Source: Tubiluchus corallicola (lineage: Eukaryota > Animalia > Priapulida). From it: DNA of 41,961 bases. Under the pieces are notes generated by a model. It searched no databases. It was not told the origin of the DNA and saw nothing but the letters and a program-made list of their open reading frames with translations. A program made the position numbers and the translations under genes. The stretch spans positions 1 to 41,961 of the forward strand of contig JAQGDQ010001416.1 of the NCBI GenBank assembly GCA_030141605.1. Reading direction: 5' to 3'. Of this stretch, positions 25,645-37,180 are shown piece after piece; the stretch's first letter is position 1, and each line of letters opens with the position of its first letter.

Positions 25645-25880
25645 GAGTGATGGTGATGTTGATGATGATGATGATAATGGTGGTAGTAGTGGCTGTGGTA
25701 GTAGTAGTTGTGGTGATATTGCAAATGGTGCAAGTGGTGGTGACTTTGGTGGCGATGGCGGTGGTGGTGGTGGCGGTTTTGTGTTCGTGGTTGTGATGGC
25801 GGTGGCGGTGGTACTGCTGGTAGTGATGATACCTATGACTATGTTACTGATGATAGAGGATGATTAGGATGATGATGGCA
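25645..25880. repeat. degenerate (GAT/GGT/GTA) trinucleotide tract
   Basis: Directly visible. Confidence 0.8.
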
Positions 25881-26058
25881 CATAAAAACTCTATTAATTG
25901 ATCATTCTGTACAGCATGTCTTAGAAGACGCAAATTTTAGGAACTTTGAAATCAAAGATTTATATTTTTGCAGATAGATGTCGCTGTGCAAAATTAAACT
26001 CTCTTTACGTAACGGTACTTGAATTACTACCGGTAACTTGTTTTTATCTATGACGTAC

Positions 26059-26191
26059 CTCCACAGTTGAAGATTTTTCTCACATTCGTGGTAGAAAGAT
26101 AACGATGAGTTCTTAACCAATCAGCCAACTGACCACCAAATGGCACGATGCAAGCCATAACAAAATGTGGCAGTGCTGATAACAGACCAGA
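26059..26191 (-). CDS. VGLUT: VGLUT exon (133 nt)
   Basis: TTTCAG acceptor and GTACGT donor. Encodes [45 protein letters not shown]. Confidence 0.95.
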
Positions 26192-26764
26192 CTGAAAAAA
26201 ATAATGCATGAAATTTAAAAACCATAATTATTTACTATAATACTCTATTTTTAAAAAGAAATTTCTGTTAAAAGATGAAACGACCCTAATTTGTCTTTGG
26301 CTGATCAGTTAGTTTTTCCTGGAGTAGCAGCAGAACACTGCACAGCTTGGACTGCAGTAAGCAGGCGATCAATAAATTAGTGTGTACGATCACGCAAGTG
26401 TACACCAGACTAAGCTACTTAATAGGCTAAGTTGGAGTGCTTAAAAAGGGCACATTTTTCTTAATTTTATCCAATTAAATCACTCATAAATGTTTAAACA
26501 AATATCATGATTAGATAGCCAAGATTCTCCTGAATAGAACAGTACCTAATTTGTAATCATTTAGTTACGTCTGTACTCATACAGTAGCAGAAAAGTCATA
26601 GGTCTTGTAAGATCTATTTGAATGGTGCTGTCCTGAAGAATTTAAGCTGAATTTAATTATTGTAATGGGTTATCCCATTAGCCAGATATTTTTAAGCTTT
26701 TAGCACAGCAAGAGCATTTTTTGGCTCATGCCACAACAAAGTTCACCACAATAAAGATACTTAC

Positions 26765-26914
26765 CTGCGAGATTTTAAAATTAAAGACTTCTTTGAAATA
26801 CGTTGGCTGGCTTAACAGGAAGAGATAAAACGTCCAACTTCGGCAGAAATTAGCAACTATTATGGCATAAACTGGCATGGACGTGGCGAATTTAACCCAA
26901 GGTATGTTTATAAA
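26765..26914 (-). CDS. VGLUT: VGLUT exon (150 nt)
   Basis: TTTCAG acceptor and GTAAG donor. Encodes [50 protein letters not shown]. Confidence 0.96.
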
Positions 26915-27476
26915 CTGAAAAGAAAGAAAAACGTGGGTTACCAAAATGTATAGTTCTACAATTATTTTTTACCACATTATATTCTTATGATTGATGGTGT
27001 TGTTTGGAAGAAGGTATCTTAATTTGATAAGAAGCACAAATACTAATGAAGTAATGAAAAGTGACATTTTGTTGTTACAAAACATCATGATTCAGTAATT
27101 ATTTAACATACTGCTTATTTCCAGGTATGAGTCAATAAAAAAGTCAATGAATGTGATTTATTCAACCAAAGTAATGTGCAGCAAGTAAAACTTTCTTGTT
27201 AGTAGAAAACGTTGATTTCATCGACAACTTTAAAACTCAACAATTTCACTTCAATTATTCATTCTGCAACATCATTTTTTAAATTTTCAAATAATTCAAG
27301 TTTAACAACAACCGAATTTACACCGTTCAATCAACTTTTTTCATTTCCAACAGAATGTCAAAAATATAGATCACTAGAAGACTGTCTATAAAAATACAAG
27401 AGTATGGCTTCACGATGGGTGTGATCATTCGCGTTGCTATTCAGGCGCAATGTATATCCTTTCATTAATTTTTTAA

Positions 27477-27932
27477 CCCTTTCAGTCCCAAATTATTTTT
27501 TTAATAAGAATTTTTTTTGTCTTGGTACTTTTGTTCAGTATATCCATCTTGTTTACACATAATAATCATTTTTTCTACCTGTGCCCGCGTGCTAAATATA
27601 GCCTGTATCCCACGGGATACATTGGGATTCAATGGAAGCGTAAAATGTGCTTCATTTTGCAACTGTTGATAATTTTTCAAAGTATTTAAGACATTTAGTA
27701 TGCACGCTATGCTGATCTGTACAAAGTCGTCTTTAAAGTACTGTACCTTGCGCAGTTTTTATGCTATGTAGATTTTCTAGTTTGCCATTTTATCACCATT
27801 TTTAGTCTATTGTTATTGGCTTAAATCAAAATAACTATTAACAGATCAAATAACTGTCAGTTTTAAAATTTTGTTAATTTTAAACGCAGAAAATATTCTC
27901 GTATCCCACGGGATACAACGGGTATGAAAGGA
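27477..27932 (-). mobile_element. piggyBac-like MITE (456 bp), copy B, inverted relative to copy A
   Basis: TTAA flanks at 27473-27476 and 27933-27936. Reverse complement of 21267-21722 with scattered substitutions. Confidence 0.85.
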
Positions 27933-28546
27933 TTAAATAACATGTTTAAGGTGGCAACATTGTCCCTTAACTTTAGACGCACAAGCAAAACTATGTAGCA
28001 AACTACAAACTCGAAGTGTATGACTACATAGTTCCACTTATGACAATCGGAATGATTACATTCTATTTAATGTAAAATGCAATTGTGTATAATGTAAAAT
28101 AAATATGTCTATTAATCAATAATTTGTATTTCATTTCGACTGTAAATATTTTCGCGATTCTTTGTAATTTGTCGTCCAACCGAACTAAAGTCATTTTCTT
28201 CTGAACATGTCAGATCTAATGTACCATAGTGACGATTGCTTCGGGCCAGTTTTTTTCTAGGTACACCTATTTACATCATGCATTCGAGCGTGTAGGTAGA
28301 ACCTCGCCTTTGTTCATTTTCCCAGATAAGGCCATAAATGACAAGTCGCAATAAGTCCCCAAAATCGCCCGAGGGTCGTGGTAATGAGAAGTCTAGACGC
28401 TAGACTTTTGCGGTATACGCATGGTCAAATTCTTTTACCGGTCACGCGTTGTTAAGTTGCTGCCATAAAGCGTCTCCGTCCCAGCTTATTCCGGGTTGCA
28501 GCGAAAGCTGAGAATAACTTGAAAGATTGTCGCCGTCAACGCCACC

Positions 28547-29479
28547 ATGAAGGAGATAATTTTAGCCGTCGTCTACGTGTTTTTAACGATTCTTGGCCTC
28601 ACTGGCAATAGTTTGGTCATTTTTCTTGTTGCTAAGAGCGCCAGACTCCGCAACAGTACCAACATTCTAATCCTCAATTTGGCTGTCGCTGACCTGCTCT
28701 TTGTCGTCTTCTGTGTGCCCCTGGATGGAGTTTACATGGTCATGGGCTCATGGCCCTTCAGTGTGCCAGCTTGCAAGATGATGAACTATTTCATTATTGT
28801 GTCGATATTTGTCAGCATTTATACGCTGGTTATCATTTCATTTGAGAGACTTCTTCTGACGAAGCATTCATCCGGAAGGAAACGGCTTCAGTATTACCGT
28901 GTGCTGTTGCCATTATTGTGGATGGTTGCCTTTGCCGTCAGCATTTGTGGACTTTTAAATTCTGTGGTTTTTCGTGTGGCTGATCAAAGAGTTTGCTTTT
29001 TTGGGACAAAACAGTACGGTTGGATACTCATATTTGTGTTTGGATACCTTCTACCGCTGCTGACATCTGGTGTCGCATACGCTCTACTGTTTAAATTCAT
29101 TCTGCATCAGCGCCGCGTGGTGGACGACAGCAAACAACTGGACAAAATTAAGTCAACCACAGGTACCATTGCTGTTGTAATCATTGCATTTGCCATATGC
29201 TGGCTTCCTTACCACATTGTCATGCTTGACTCGACAGTAGGGAATGCCACCATACAGATGAGCATTCATGCTACATGGATTGTACCATCAGTAACCTGCC
29301 TTGCGTATTTTAATTCCTGTATTAATCCAGTTCTATATGGATTTCTCATGCCAGAATTTAGAAAAGAAATGTGGCGCATGCTCCACAAGACAAAGAATGT
29401 GGATGGCAGCAAGGTATCAACTATTAAAACTTTTGATACAGATTATGATCTTGAAAACAAAGGCTGTCCACAAAAGTAA
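28547..29479 (+). CDS. intronless class A GPCR, galanin/allatostatin-A receptor-like, 310 aa, nested antisense in a VGLUT intron
   Basis: Seven hydrophobic segments with motifs GN (TM1), NLAVADLLF (TM2), WPF..C, ERL at the DRY position, CWLPYH (TM6) and NSCINPVLY (TM7). GCCACCATG Kozak context, upstream in-frame TGA at 28520-28522, AATAAA at 29751-29756. Confidence 0.92.
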   Translation: MKEIILAVVYVFLTILGLTGNSLVIFLVAKSARLRNSTNILILNLAVADLLFVVFCVPLDGVYMVMGSWPFSVPACKMMNYFIIVSIFVSIYTLVIISFERLLLTKHSSGRKRLQYYRVLLPLLWMVAFAVSICGLLNSVVFRVADQRVCFFGTKQYGWILIFVFGYLLPLLTSGVAYALLFKFILHQRRVVDDSKQLDKIKSTTGTIAVVIIAFAICWLPYHIVMLDSTVGNATIQMSIHATWIVPSVTCLAYFNSCINPVLYGFLMPEFRKEMWRMLHKTKNVDGSKVSTIKTFDTDYDLENKGCPQK

Positions 29480-29874
29480 ACAGAAGCAGAGATTAACACT
29501 CTTGGTTTCTTGACATTAACAGCATTCAGTATCGTATGTTTGCACCTGTACTTAACCTAGATACTTGTGACCAGTGGAAACTAATGAATCAACATTGTGC
29601 AATTAGAAGTAAAAATGATGTAAATTTAATGCATTTATTAATTATTTTAGTCAGTTTTCCATGTAAAGATTAGACGCAGGTTGTTTAATTACGGTTACTG
29701 TATAGTATGGTGTAGGTATTTGTCCATTGCTCAATGTAAGGTATCTGATGAATAAAAACTTTTGAAGATTGTGCCGTAACTGCTCTTACGTAAAAGTATG
29801 AATCAGCATTTTGGCGTTTGGTATTAATTTTTGGCAGTTCGTCTGATAATCACATGATTATGATAACAGTCATC

Positions 29875-30430
29875 GTGTGTCACATTGTTTGCTCACCTTG
29901 CTGTCACGCATGCTACATTGTTTGCTCACTTTGCTATCATGTGTGTCACATTGTTTGCTCACTTTGCTGCCATGCAAGTTACATTGTTTTCTCACTTTAC
30001 AATTACATGTGGCACATTGTTTGTTCACTTTATTGTCAAGTGTGGCACATTGTTTGTTCACTTTGCTGTCATGTGTGTAACGTTATTTGTTCACTTTGCT
30101 ATCCTGTGTGACACTTTGCTGCCATGCACGTTACGTTGTTTGCTCACTTTTTGCTATCATGTGTGTCACATTCTTTGCTCACTATTCTACAATGCATGTT
30201 ACATTTTTTGCTCACTTTGCAATTACGTGTGTCACATTGTTTGTTAACTTTGCTGTCATGTGCGTTACGTTGTTTGCTCACTTTGCTATCATGTGTGTCA
30301 CATTGTTTGCTCACTTTCGTGTTATGGGTATTACATTGTTTGCTCACTTTACCATGACGTGTGTCATATTGTATGCTCACTTTGCTATCACGTGTGTCAC
30401 ATTGCTTGCTCATTTTACTGTCATGTTGTG
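29875..30430. repeat. 33-bp degenerate minisatellite (~17 copies)
   Basis: Unit approximately GTGTGTCACATTGTTTGCTCACTTTGCTATCAT. Confidence 0.9.
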
Positions 30431-32309
30431 TGCCAGATCATTTGGTGTGGTACTTTTATCAATTCTTTGGAGTCCCAATGTGTGTCACACTCTCTAGTGT
30501 TGCTTTGTGTGACTTTGGCCAGTATACATTGCTTGACATTACATTAAATATCATATTTTTTGGTGTCACTTTGTGCGTCAAATTGTTTGATGTTGCATTG
30601 TATCTCACATTGTTGTTAATTAAATTTACAAGTCACAAGAAACGTGTAGTTCTTCGAAATACCCCAAGAACGCTGAACTCGCATTCCTTTTCTAATTTCT
30701 TTGCGTATTTTAATTGACTTTCTTTTGTAAAGCTGTGGAGGCGCCATTGTGAGACGTTTTAAGCTTAACCCGTGTTTAATTCTGCGAAAAATCTAACATG
30801 TTATGTTTGTTTAGCAACATAAATTTTACAGCCATGTTATTATGATCATAGACATAAACGATTATAATATACAATTATACTGGCAGGCGTGTATTGAAGA
30901 TCGCTTGTATAGCCTACAGCTGTGCACACGTCCGGTTATTGAAACTCACGGTAACGTTAGCTAATAAACATTGATTGTACAAGGTAATCTGGAAAAACCA
31001 TCGCTGAACGCTGGGATTTCTATGTATTGGACTGCTGTCCGCTTTTAACGGAGGCAGGGCGGATGCCACCGCGGCCACCACCGTGCGGCATGTCCCAATT
31101 AAGTCCTTCAACACCAAACCAAAACAGAACCCGAATAATAGAGTCGAAATGACAATTTTATTACTACATATCACACCCCCAATAAGGAACAAACAGTTTA
31201 CCTAGAAGAACGGAGTTTGCGGCAAAGCCTGTGAAATGTGAACAGAGCTGCAATGAAAGACACGACCACTGACAAGGGTCTACAGCAGACCTTCCCTCTT
31301 TATAAGCTCAGGTGTGCACGTGACTAGTGGCTTTTGCTAACACAAGGTCAGAATACGAGTCTGTGCTAGATAAAGCCACGTTCACACGCACACCTGAGAA
31401 GTCTACTGTATTCCCTGCCAGCATTACACTTCATCTCTTCACAGCCCTGTAGTACAGCATGCAGACTAGTTGTGGCAGGACCAAAATCTATTTGATTGCT
31501 GAAGATTGCTTGCTAAGCACCCATCATGACTGCTCAGCTACTTCCTCGCACAAAAAGTGTGAAAAGGTGAAATCAAGTTCAAAAATAATCCAAGGTTTTT
31601 CTTTTCTTGCAAAGTTCTGAGGAAACTTAGAACAGCTGAGCAAAATTAGTAACTGAAGTTTACAAATGTGTGCTGATCTTTCTGTTTCTGACAGATTTCT
31701 AGTTTCATTGCAATAAGCTACTTCTGCATTATACAGGAGGGTTGGTGTGTCAAGGGTAGGTTGAAGCAGTCCTTACTGTCTAAAGGGTTAAGGGTTTATG
31801 AGGAACTAGGTTAAAACGAACCATGGGCATCTTTTGCACTGAAAATGACTCAGTGATGAACAGTTTATTGCAGGGGAGAATTAGTCGCAAAGCTGATGGT
31901 TGAAAGTAAATTTTTGCTTTATTTGGAGTAAATAAAAAAGTACTGGCCTTTAACTATACTCTGCTATAACAAATCTTTTTAATACTGAAATATTTTATTA
32001 TAGTTTTTCCGTACAAAGTCTATTGGAGCTAGTTGGTTTGCTCTTTTTCAACCTGTCCATTTTACCAATCATTTTAATCACGATTGCGATTTTGACGATT
32101 TAAGCTACTAACTCCTCACTCGTCAGCAATTATCATTAAACTTCAACCTTCGACAACCTGTTATTAAAGTTTGATTAAAATTTGTTATAAGAGCTAAACT
32201 TCAATAATTCAATACAATATAAATGCAATTCTGCAATTCTTGAACATCTGCCATGATTTATTTGTGTGCTGGTTTCTTTCTATAATTATGTATACTATTA
32301 ATCTAAGTT

Positions 32310-32683
32310 AGGTGAACCATGGTCTACCATGGTCAAGTGAACCAATGGTCATGTGTAGAGGAGTAAACCTTCCAAATCAGGAGTGGAGCCCCGAAGGTGG
32401 ACCAGTGCAGCATGTTCACTGACTCCGGCAGCTCCTGCAGCCAACCTGGTGCCAAACGTATCGCTCCGCTTTCCTTTGGACTACACGAGGGAGGAAGAGA
32501 GGGGGTTCCTGTTGTCTGGGCAACTCAGGATCTCCATACACCTTGCCCAGGCGTGCACCCTGGAGACATTCAAGGATCGCACTGCTCAGCCACAGTCGAC
32601 GCTGCAGCTCCATCAATGTGATCAATAACTGACTCTCTTGGCGCACACTCCATTGTCTTCCGAGACAGAAGGATGCCAACAAG
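32310..32683 (+). mobile_element. 5'-truncated copy of the 5S-SINE body
   Basis: 32331-32683 matches ~3331-3695 closely. 11-bp TSD TAATCTAAGTT at 32299-32309 and 32684-32694. Confidence 0.9.
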
Positions 32684-32819
32684 TAATCTAAGTTCATTGA
32701 AAAAAATCTTGCCATGTAACTGGGTGTAAGTACTACCAGGGTTTCAACTTGTCCCAGCCTGTGTTACAACATACCCCCACCTGGAAGATTTTTTTGTTGA
32801 TATCTCAAAGGCTTTGTAA

Positions 32820-33345
32820 CCCCTTACCTTACCTTAGACCTTAGTCCTTCCTGTGCGGATGCACATTGGGCAAACAGCATTTTCCACTGGGTTCTATCGG
32901 CGGCTTCTCTTTCGATGTTCTCCCAAAGTCTGTTCATAGCCCGAAGGTCTTCTTTGAAAGATCTGCGCCACGTTGTTTTTCCTTTTTCCACCAGGTGGTT
33001 CCCAGCGTAACGCTATTTTGGAGTGGCGTTGTTCTGGTAGGCGTAGAATATATCCAGCCAATCTCAGCCTTCTCTCTGCGACTATTTCCTGAGTTAGTTT
33101 GATATCGCTGCTGTGACTTTCCAGGTTTCGCTGGCATAAAGAGCCATTGGCAGCACAATGGTATTGTACAAACGAAGCCTGATTTTCAGGTCAATTTTCT
33201 TGCTTGCCCAGATTTTTCCCATCTTCCTAAATGCTGCTGCTGCTTTGTCAATTCTCACCCTGACGTCTCTTTCTGCGCCTCCATCACAACTTCATCACAC
33301 TGCCAAGATATGAGAAGCTGGCAACGTTCTCAATCAGTTGTCACC
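32820..33345 (-). mobile_element. degraded RTE LINE 3' fragment
   Basis: Minus strand encodes IENVASFSYLGS..DGGAERDVRVRIDKAAAAFRKMGKIW..RLYNTIVLPMALYASETWK. Short-repeat tail (TAAGG-like) near 32820-32845. Confidence 0.8.
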
Positions 33346-33352
33346 CCTTACG

Positions 33353-33743
33353 CAGTGGCGGATTATGATTTTATGGGCCTTAGGCTTGAGCTTGGAACGG
33401 GCGGCCTTTTAAATGTTGCTGCACTGCTGAGCTGACGTGTTTTTGTGGAGCTCTCGTCGTTTGTAAGTTTGTTTAATTTTGTGAGTTTTTGCCCACCGAT
33501 TGTGATAAAAATTATATCTTCTTGATCCTTAAGTTGTGGACTAGGACTAAATAAACACGATTACAGCTTGGTGAGTTTCTGGGTTAGATGTCAACTAAAA
33601 TAAGCCAATCAGAAACTCTGAAAGTAACTTTAGTTTCTTACTAATTTCTTTTATTTCGTTTTTTTCGTTTTATTTTGCCGGGCCCCTTTTGATCCCGGGC
33701 CTTAGGCTTCAGCCTATTCAGCCTATAGGGCTATCCGCTACAG
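33353..33743. mobile_element. hAT-type MITE
   Basis: Imperfect 11-bp TIRs CAGTGGCGGAT / ATCCGCTACAG and perfect 8-bp TSD CCCTTACG (33345-33352, 33744-33751). Confidence 0.85.
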
Positions 33744-33899
33744 CCCTTACGGTGTCAATAACTAAATCTGTAGACGGCTTTGTGCACCTAGTACTAAAGT
33801 ACTAGTCTATAGCACAGTCACAGAGCGTTTATAATACATTTACAAGTGAAAACATGCAAAATGGTTCAACAATCTCCGGTCTCTCCTATTTAGTCTCAG

Positions 33900-34214
33900 C
33901 TGTCGCTGATGCTACTATCATTGTTGTTGCCAGCTGCTGCTGCTGTTTTTGCAGTTGGCGTTGTTGTTATTGACATCTCCGTTATTGCTGTTACATTGTC
34001 GCTGTTACTGTTGGTGTGGTCTTTGTCGCTGTTGCTGCTGCTGTTGCTGTCGCTGTTGTTGTCCTTATTGCTACTTTATAGCTGTTGTTGCTATTACTAA
34101 GTTTGTTTCTGTTAGTGTTGTTATTGCTACTTTTACATTTAAATGTTGTTTTTATTATTTTTGTTGTTATCATTGCCGTTATTGTCATCATCATCATCCT
34201 AAATAATTATCATT

Positions 34215-34259
<45 letters not shown>

Positions 34260-34273
34260 TGCATCAGCATCAG

Positions 34274-34363
<90 letters not shown>

Positions 34364-34372
34364 TACTATTAT
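33900..34372. repeat. (GTT/GCT) and (CAT)n trinucleotide tracts
   Basis: Directly visible. Confidence 0.9.
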
Positions 34373-34437
34373 TTGGGCTGCCTTCAATCACCTATGTTTC
34401 CAAATTAACTAAGCGGTAATACGTGAAGGAATCTTAC

Positions 34438-34571
34438 AGAAGGACTTTCTGATACATCGCCTATGCTTTCTTCTATATAGATCCTTTCTGCTTTGCTAAT
34501 AGTTGGATGAGATGCAGGTTTTTCGCAACACGTCCAGTTGAAACCTATGCTCCACACAATGCCAAATACAC
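34438..34571 (-). CDS. VGLUT: VGLUT exon (134 nt)
   Basis: TTTCAG acceptor and GTAAG donor. Encodes GVFGIVWSIGFNWTCCEKPASHPTISKAERIYIEESIGDVSESPS (HPTIS..E..YIE motif). Confidence 0.93.
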
Positions 34572-34614
34572 CTGAAATATCCAAAATATTTTGCATATTT
34601 GTCCAAATACCCAC

Positions 34615-35130
34615 CAACTGTACGTACATCGTAAAGACATTGAAACATACGTCGACTGCACAAAATACATCGTAAAGAGATCGAAACACACACATCGACT
34701 GTACAAGCTACAAAATAAAGAGGTCGAAACACACACATCGACTGTACAAGCTACAAAATAAAGAGGTCGAAACACACACATCGACTGCACAAAACACATC
34801 ACAAGGACATAGAAACACACATCGACTGAACAAACTACATCGCAAAGACATCGAAACACACATCGACTGTACAAAATACATCGTAAAGAGAGCGAAACAC
34901 ACACATCGGCTGCACAAAATACATCGCAAAGACATCAAAACATACATCGACTGTACAAAATACATCGCAAGGACATTGACACACACATCGACTGTACAAA
35001 ATACATCGTAAAGAGGTCGAAACACACACATCGACTGCACAAAATACATCGTAAAGAGGTCGAAAGATACACATCGACTGTACAAAATACATCACAAAGA
35101 CATCAAAACATACATCGATGTACAAAACAC
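34615..35130. repeat. ~41-43-bp minisatellite (~12 copies)
   Basis: Unit approximately ACATCGACTGTACAAAATACATCGTAAAGAGGTCGAAACACAC. Confidence 0.9.
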
Positions 35131-35230
35131 ATATGAAATGTGTAAAATATTGACAAAAATACGCCACCAATTTACTGTAATAACATATGAACTTTAGACA
35201 TGTCAATTTATGCAGGAAATCTTAATTTGG

Positions 35231-35427
35231 TATTTTAAAAGACAACTTTATCATTAAAAATTTAAGAATTTTTCGAAACTGTAAAAACATTCCAGACGTT
35301 TCGCCTGCACTATCCAGTTCAGTCGTCTTCAGCTACAAAACTGAATAGTAGAGACACAACGCCTGGAGTGTTTTCACAGTTTCTTAAAATTCTCAAATTT
35401 TTAATAATGCATTTGCCGTTTAAAATA
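35231..35427 (-). mobile_element. inverted-repeat relic with hammerhead-like core, probably Penelope-like pseudo-LTR
   Basis: ~70-bp imperfect arms. Minus strand 35332 to 35295 reads CTGAAGA-C-GACTGAACT-GGAT-AGTGCAGGC-GAAACGTC. Confidence 0.55.
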
Positions 35428-36043
35428 ATTAAATGATAATTGCAACAGCTAGCAAATTAATTAATGTGATATTTGATTAGGGAATTAGGCTTCGCATTCG
35501 GCGTGCCTATTCCATACTTTTCATTTAACTTAGAACTTCATGTGTAATGAATTTAAATTCTTACTTATAAGTGGATATGGCACCTATATGCGATACAGAT
35601 GCGGCCGGATTATCCTATAGGATGCAACCTCGAATTTTTTTAACGTATGGTAAAAATTCCGCTTCTTCACTACGGCTTTGTTGAAATATGTGCTAATTTG
35701 GTTTGCAATAAATATTAAAACAGTGGTATTTCTTGAATAATATTTTATTACAAATAAAAGATAGCTATTTTACTTTGTGTAAATAATTTGCAATAAGTTT
35801 GCTTCAAGCTATGTAAATGACGCTAACATATGTCAACATTCAATATTTCAATATTTCAAAATATTTCGATATTTCACATATTACATTATTTTTAGCTACA
35901 GTTTAAATTTTGATCCTGTTGCCCCCTAATTTTGAGTGGACATCTTAGAATTAATTAATAAATAGAAGAATAGATGGCGCCACGGTGGTTTTTATGATTG
36001 ACAGTTAGGACACATGATCGTTATGGTAGAAAATAAGACCTAC

Positions 36044-36130
36044 CGTAGAAATAAAAACAAGCCTGCCATCCCAAGTAGTCAGTCAGAATGCCACTGAGCG
36101 GCATACCAACCACAGCGCCTGCGTATGACC
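36044..36130 (-). CDS. VGLUT: VGLUT exon (87 nt)
   Basis: TTTCAG acceptor and GTAGGT donor. Encodes [30 protein letters not shown]. Confidence 0.95.
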
Positions 36131-36442
36131 CTGAAAAACCACATTCAAATTTAGTGATTAATTATAGGAACGAGTGATAAAAATTGCTACAGGCGGCAGC
36201 ACCGCATTTGAAATACTGACCCAAGGTTTCTGTTTCGATAATCTAGGAATCTATAAAATTAAATCACGTGGGTGGTTAGAAAAATTCTGAAAGCATTTTC
36301 ATTAAGTATTAAATGGGCTTATAGGTGAAGTAGTTTAGTTTAGTTAGTGAACAATCTATCAAAATAAAATGCTGTCATTGAAAACAAATTGATTTGTACA
36401 GTTTACCACGCTGGGAGAGGGGTCGTACCGCCTACAAGATAC

Positions 36443-36862
<420 letters not shown>

Positions 36863-37092
36863 AGTACAAGGCCTGTCCGCTTATACTTTGCACTGTACCA
36901 GAAACACCCTGAGCCCGGCACAGTAGGCAATAATTACAACAGTTATGAATCAATCATGAATTTTTCTGGCACCAATAGTAACATTTTAAATAATTATCAA
37001 CAATAATTGCTGTCTGACTAGATGGATTACTGTAATACACGCAATTTACAGTAGGACTTTCTCAGCGTATTGAAAATTAATATTGTTCTTAC

Positions 37093-37180
37093 CACAAAAT
37101 GATATAGTAGCTAACCGACTGCGCTCCATTGGAGGGGCCCACCAGCGCCACATACCGTGACAGCTTGGATACGTCACTCC
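37093..37180 (-). CDS. VGLUT: VGLUT exon (88 nt)
   Basis: TTTTAG acceptor and GTAAG donor. Encodes [30 protein letters not shown]. Confidence 0.96.

Noticed and set aside
28547-29479. Opsin identity for the nested GPCR
   Set aside because: The TM7 position equivalent to the retinal-binding Lys (7 residues before the NPxxY proline) is Tyr.
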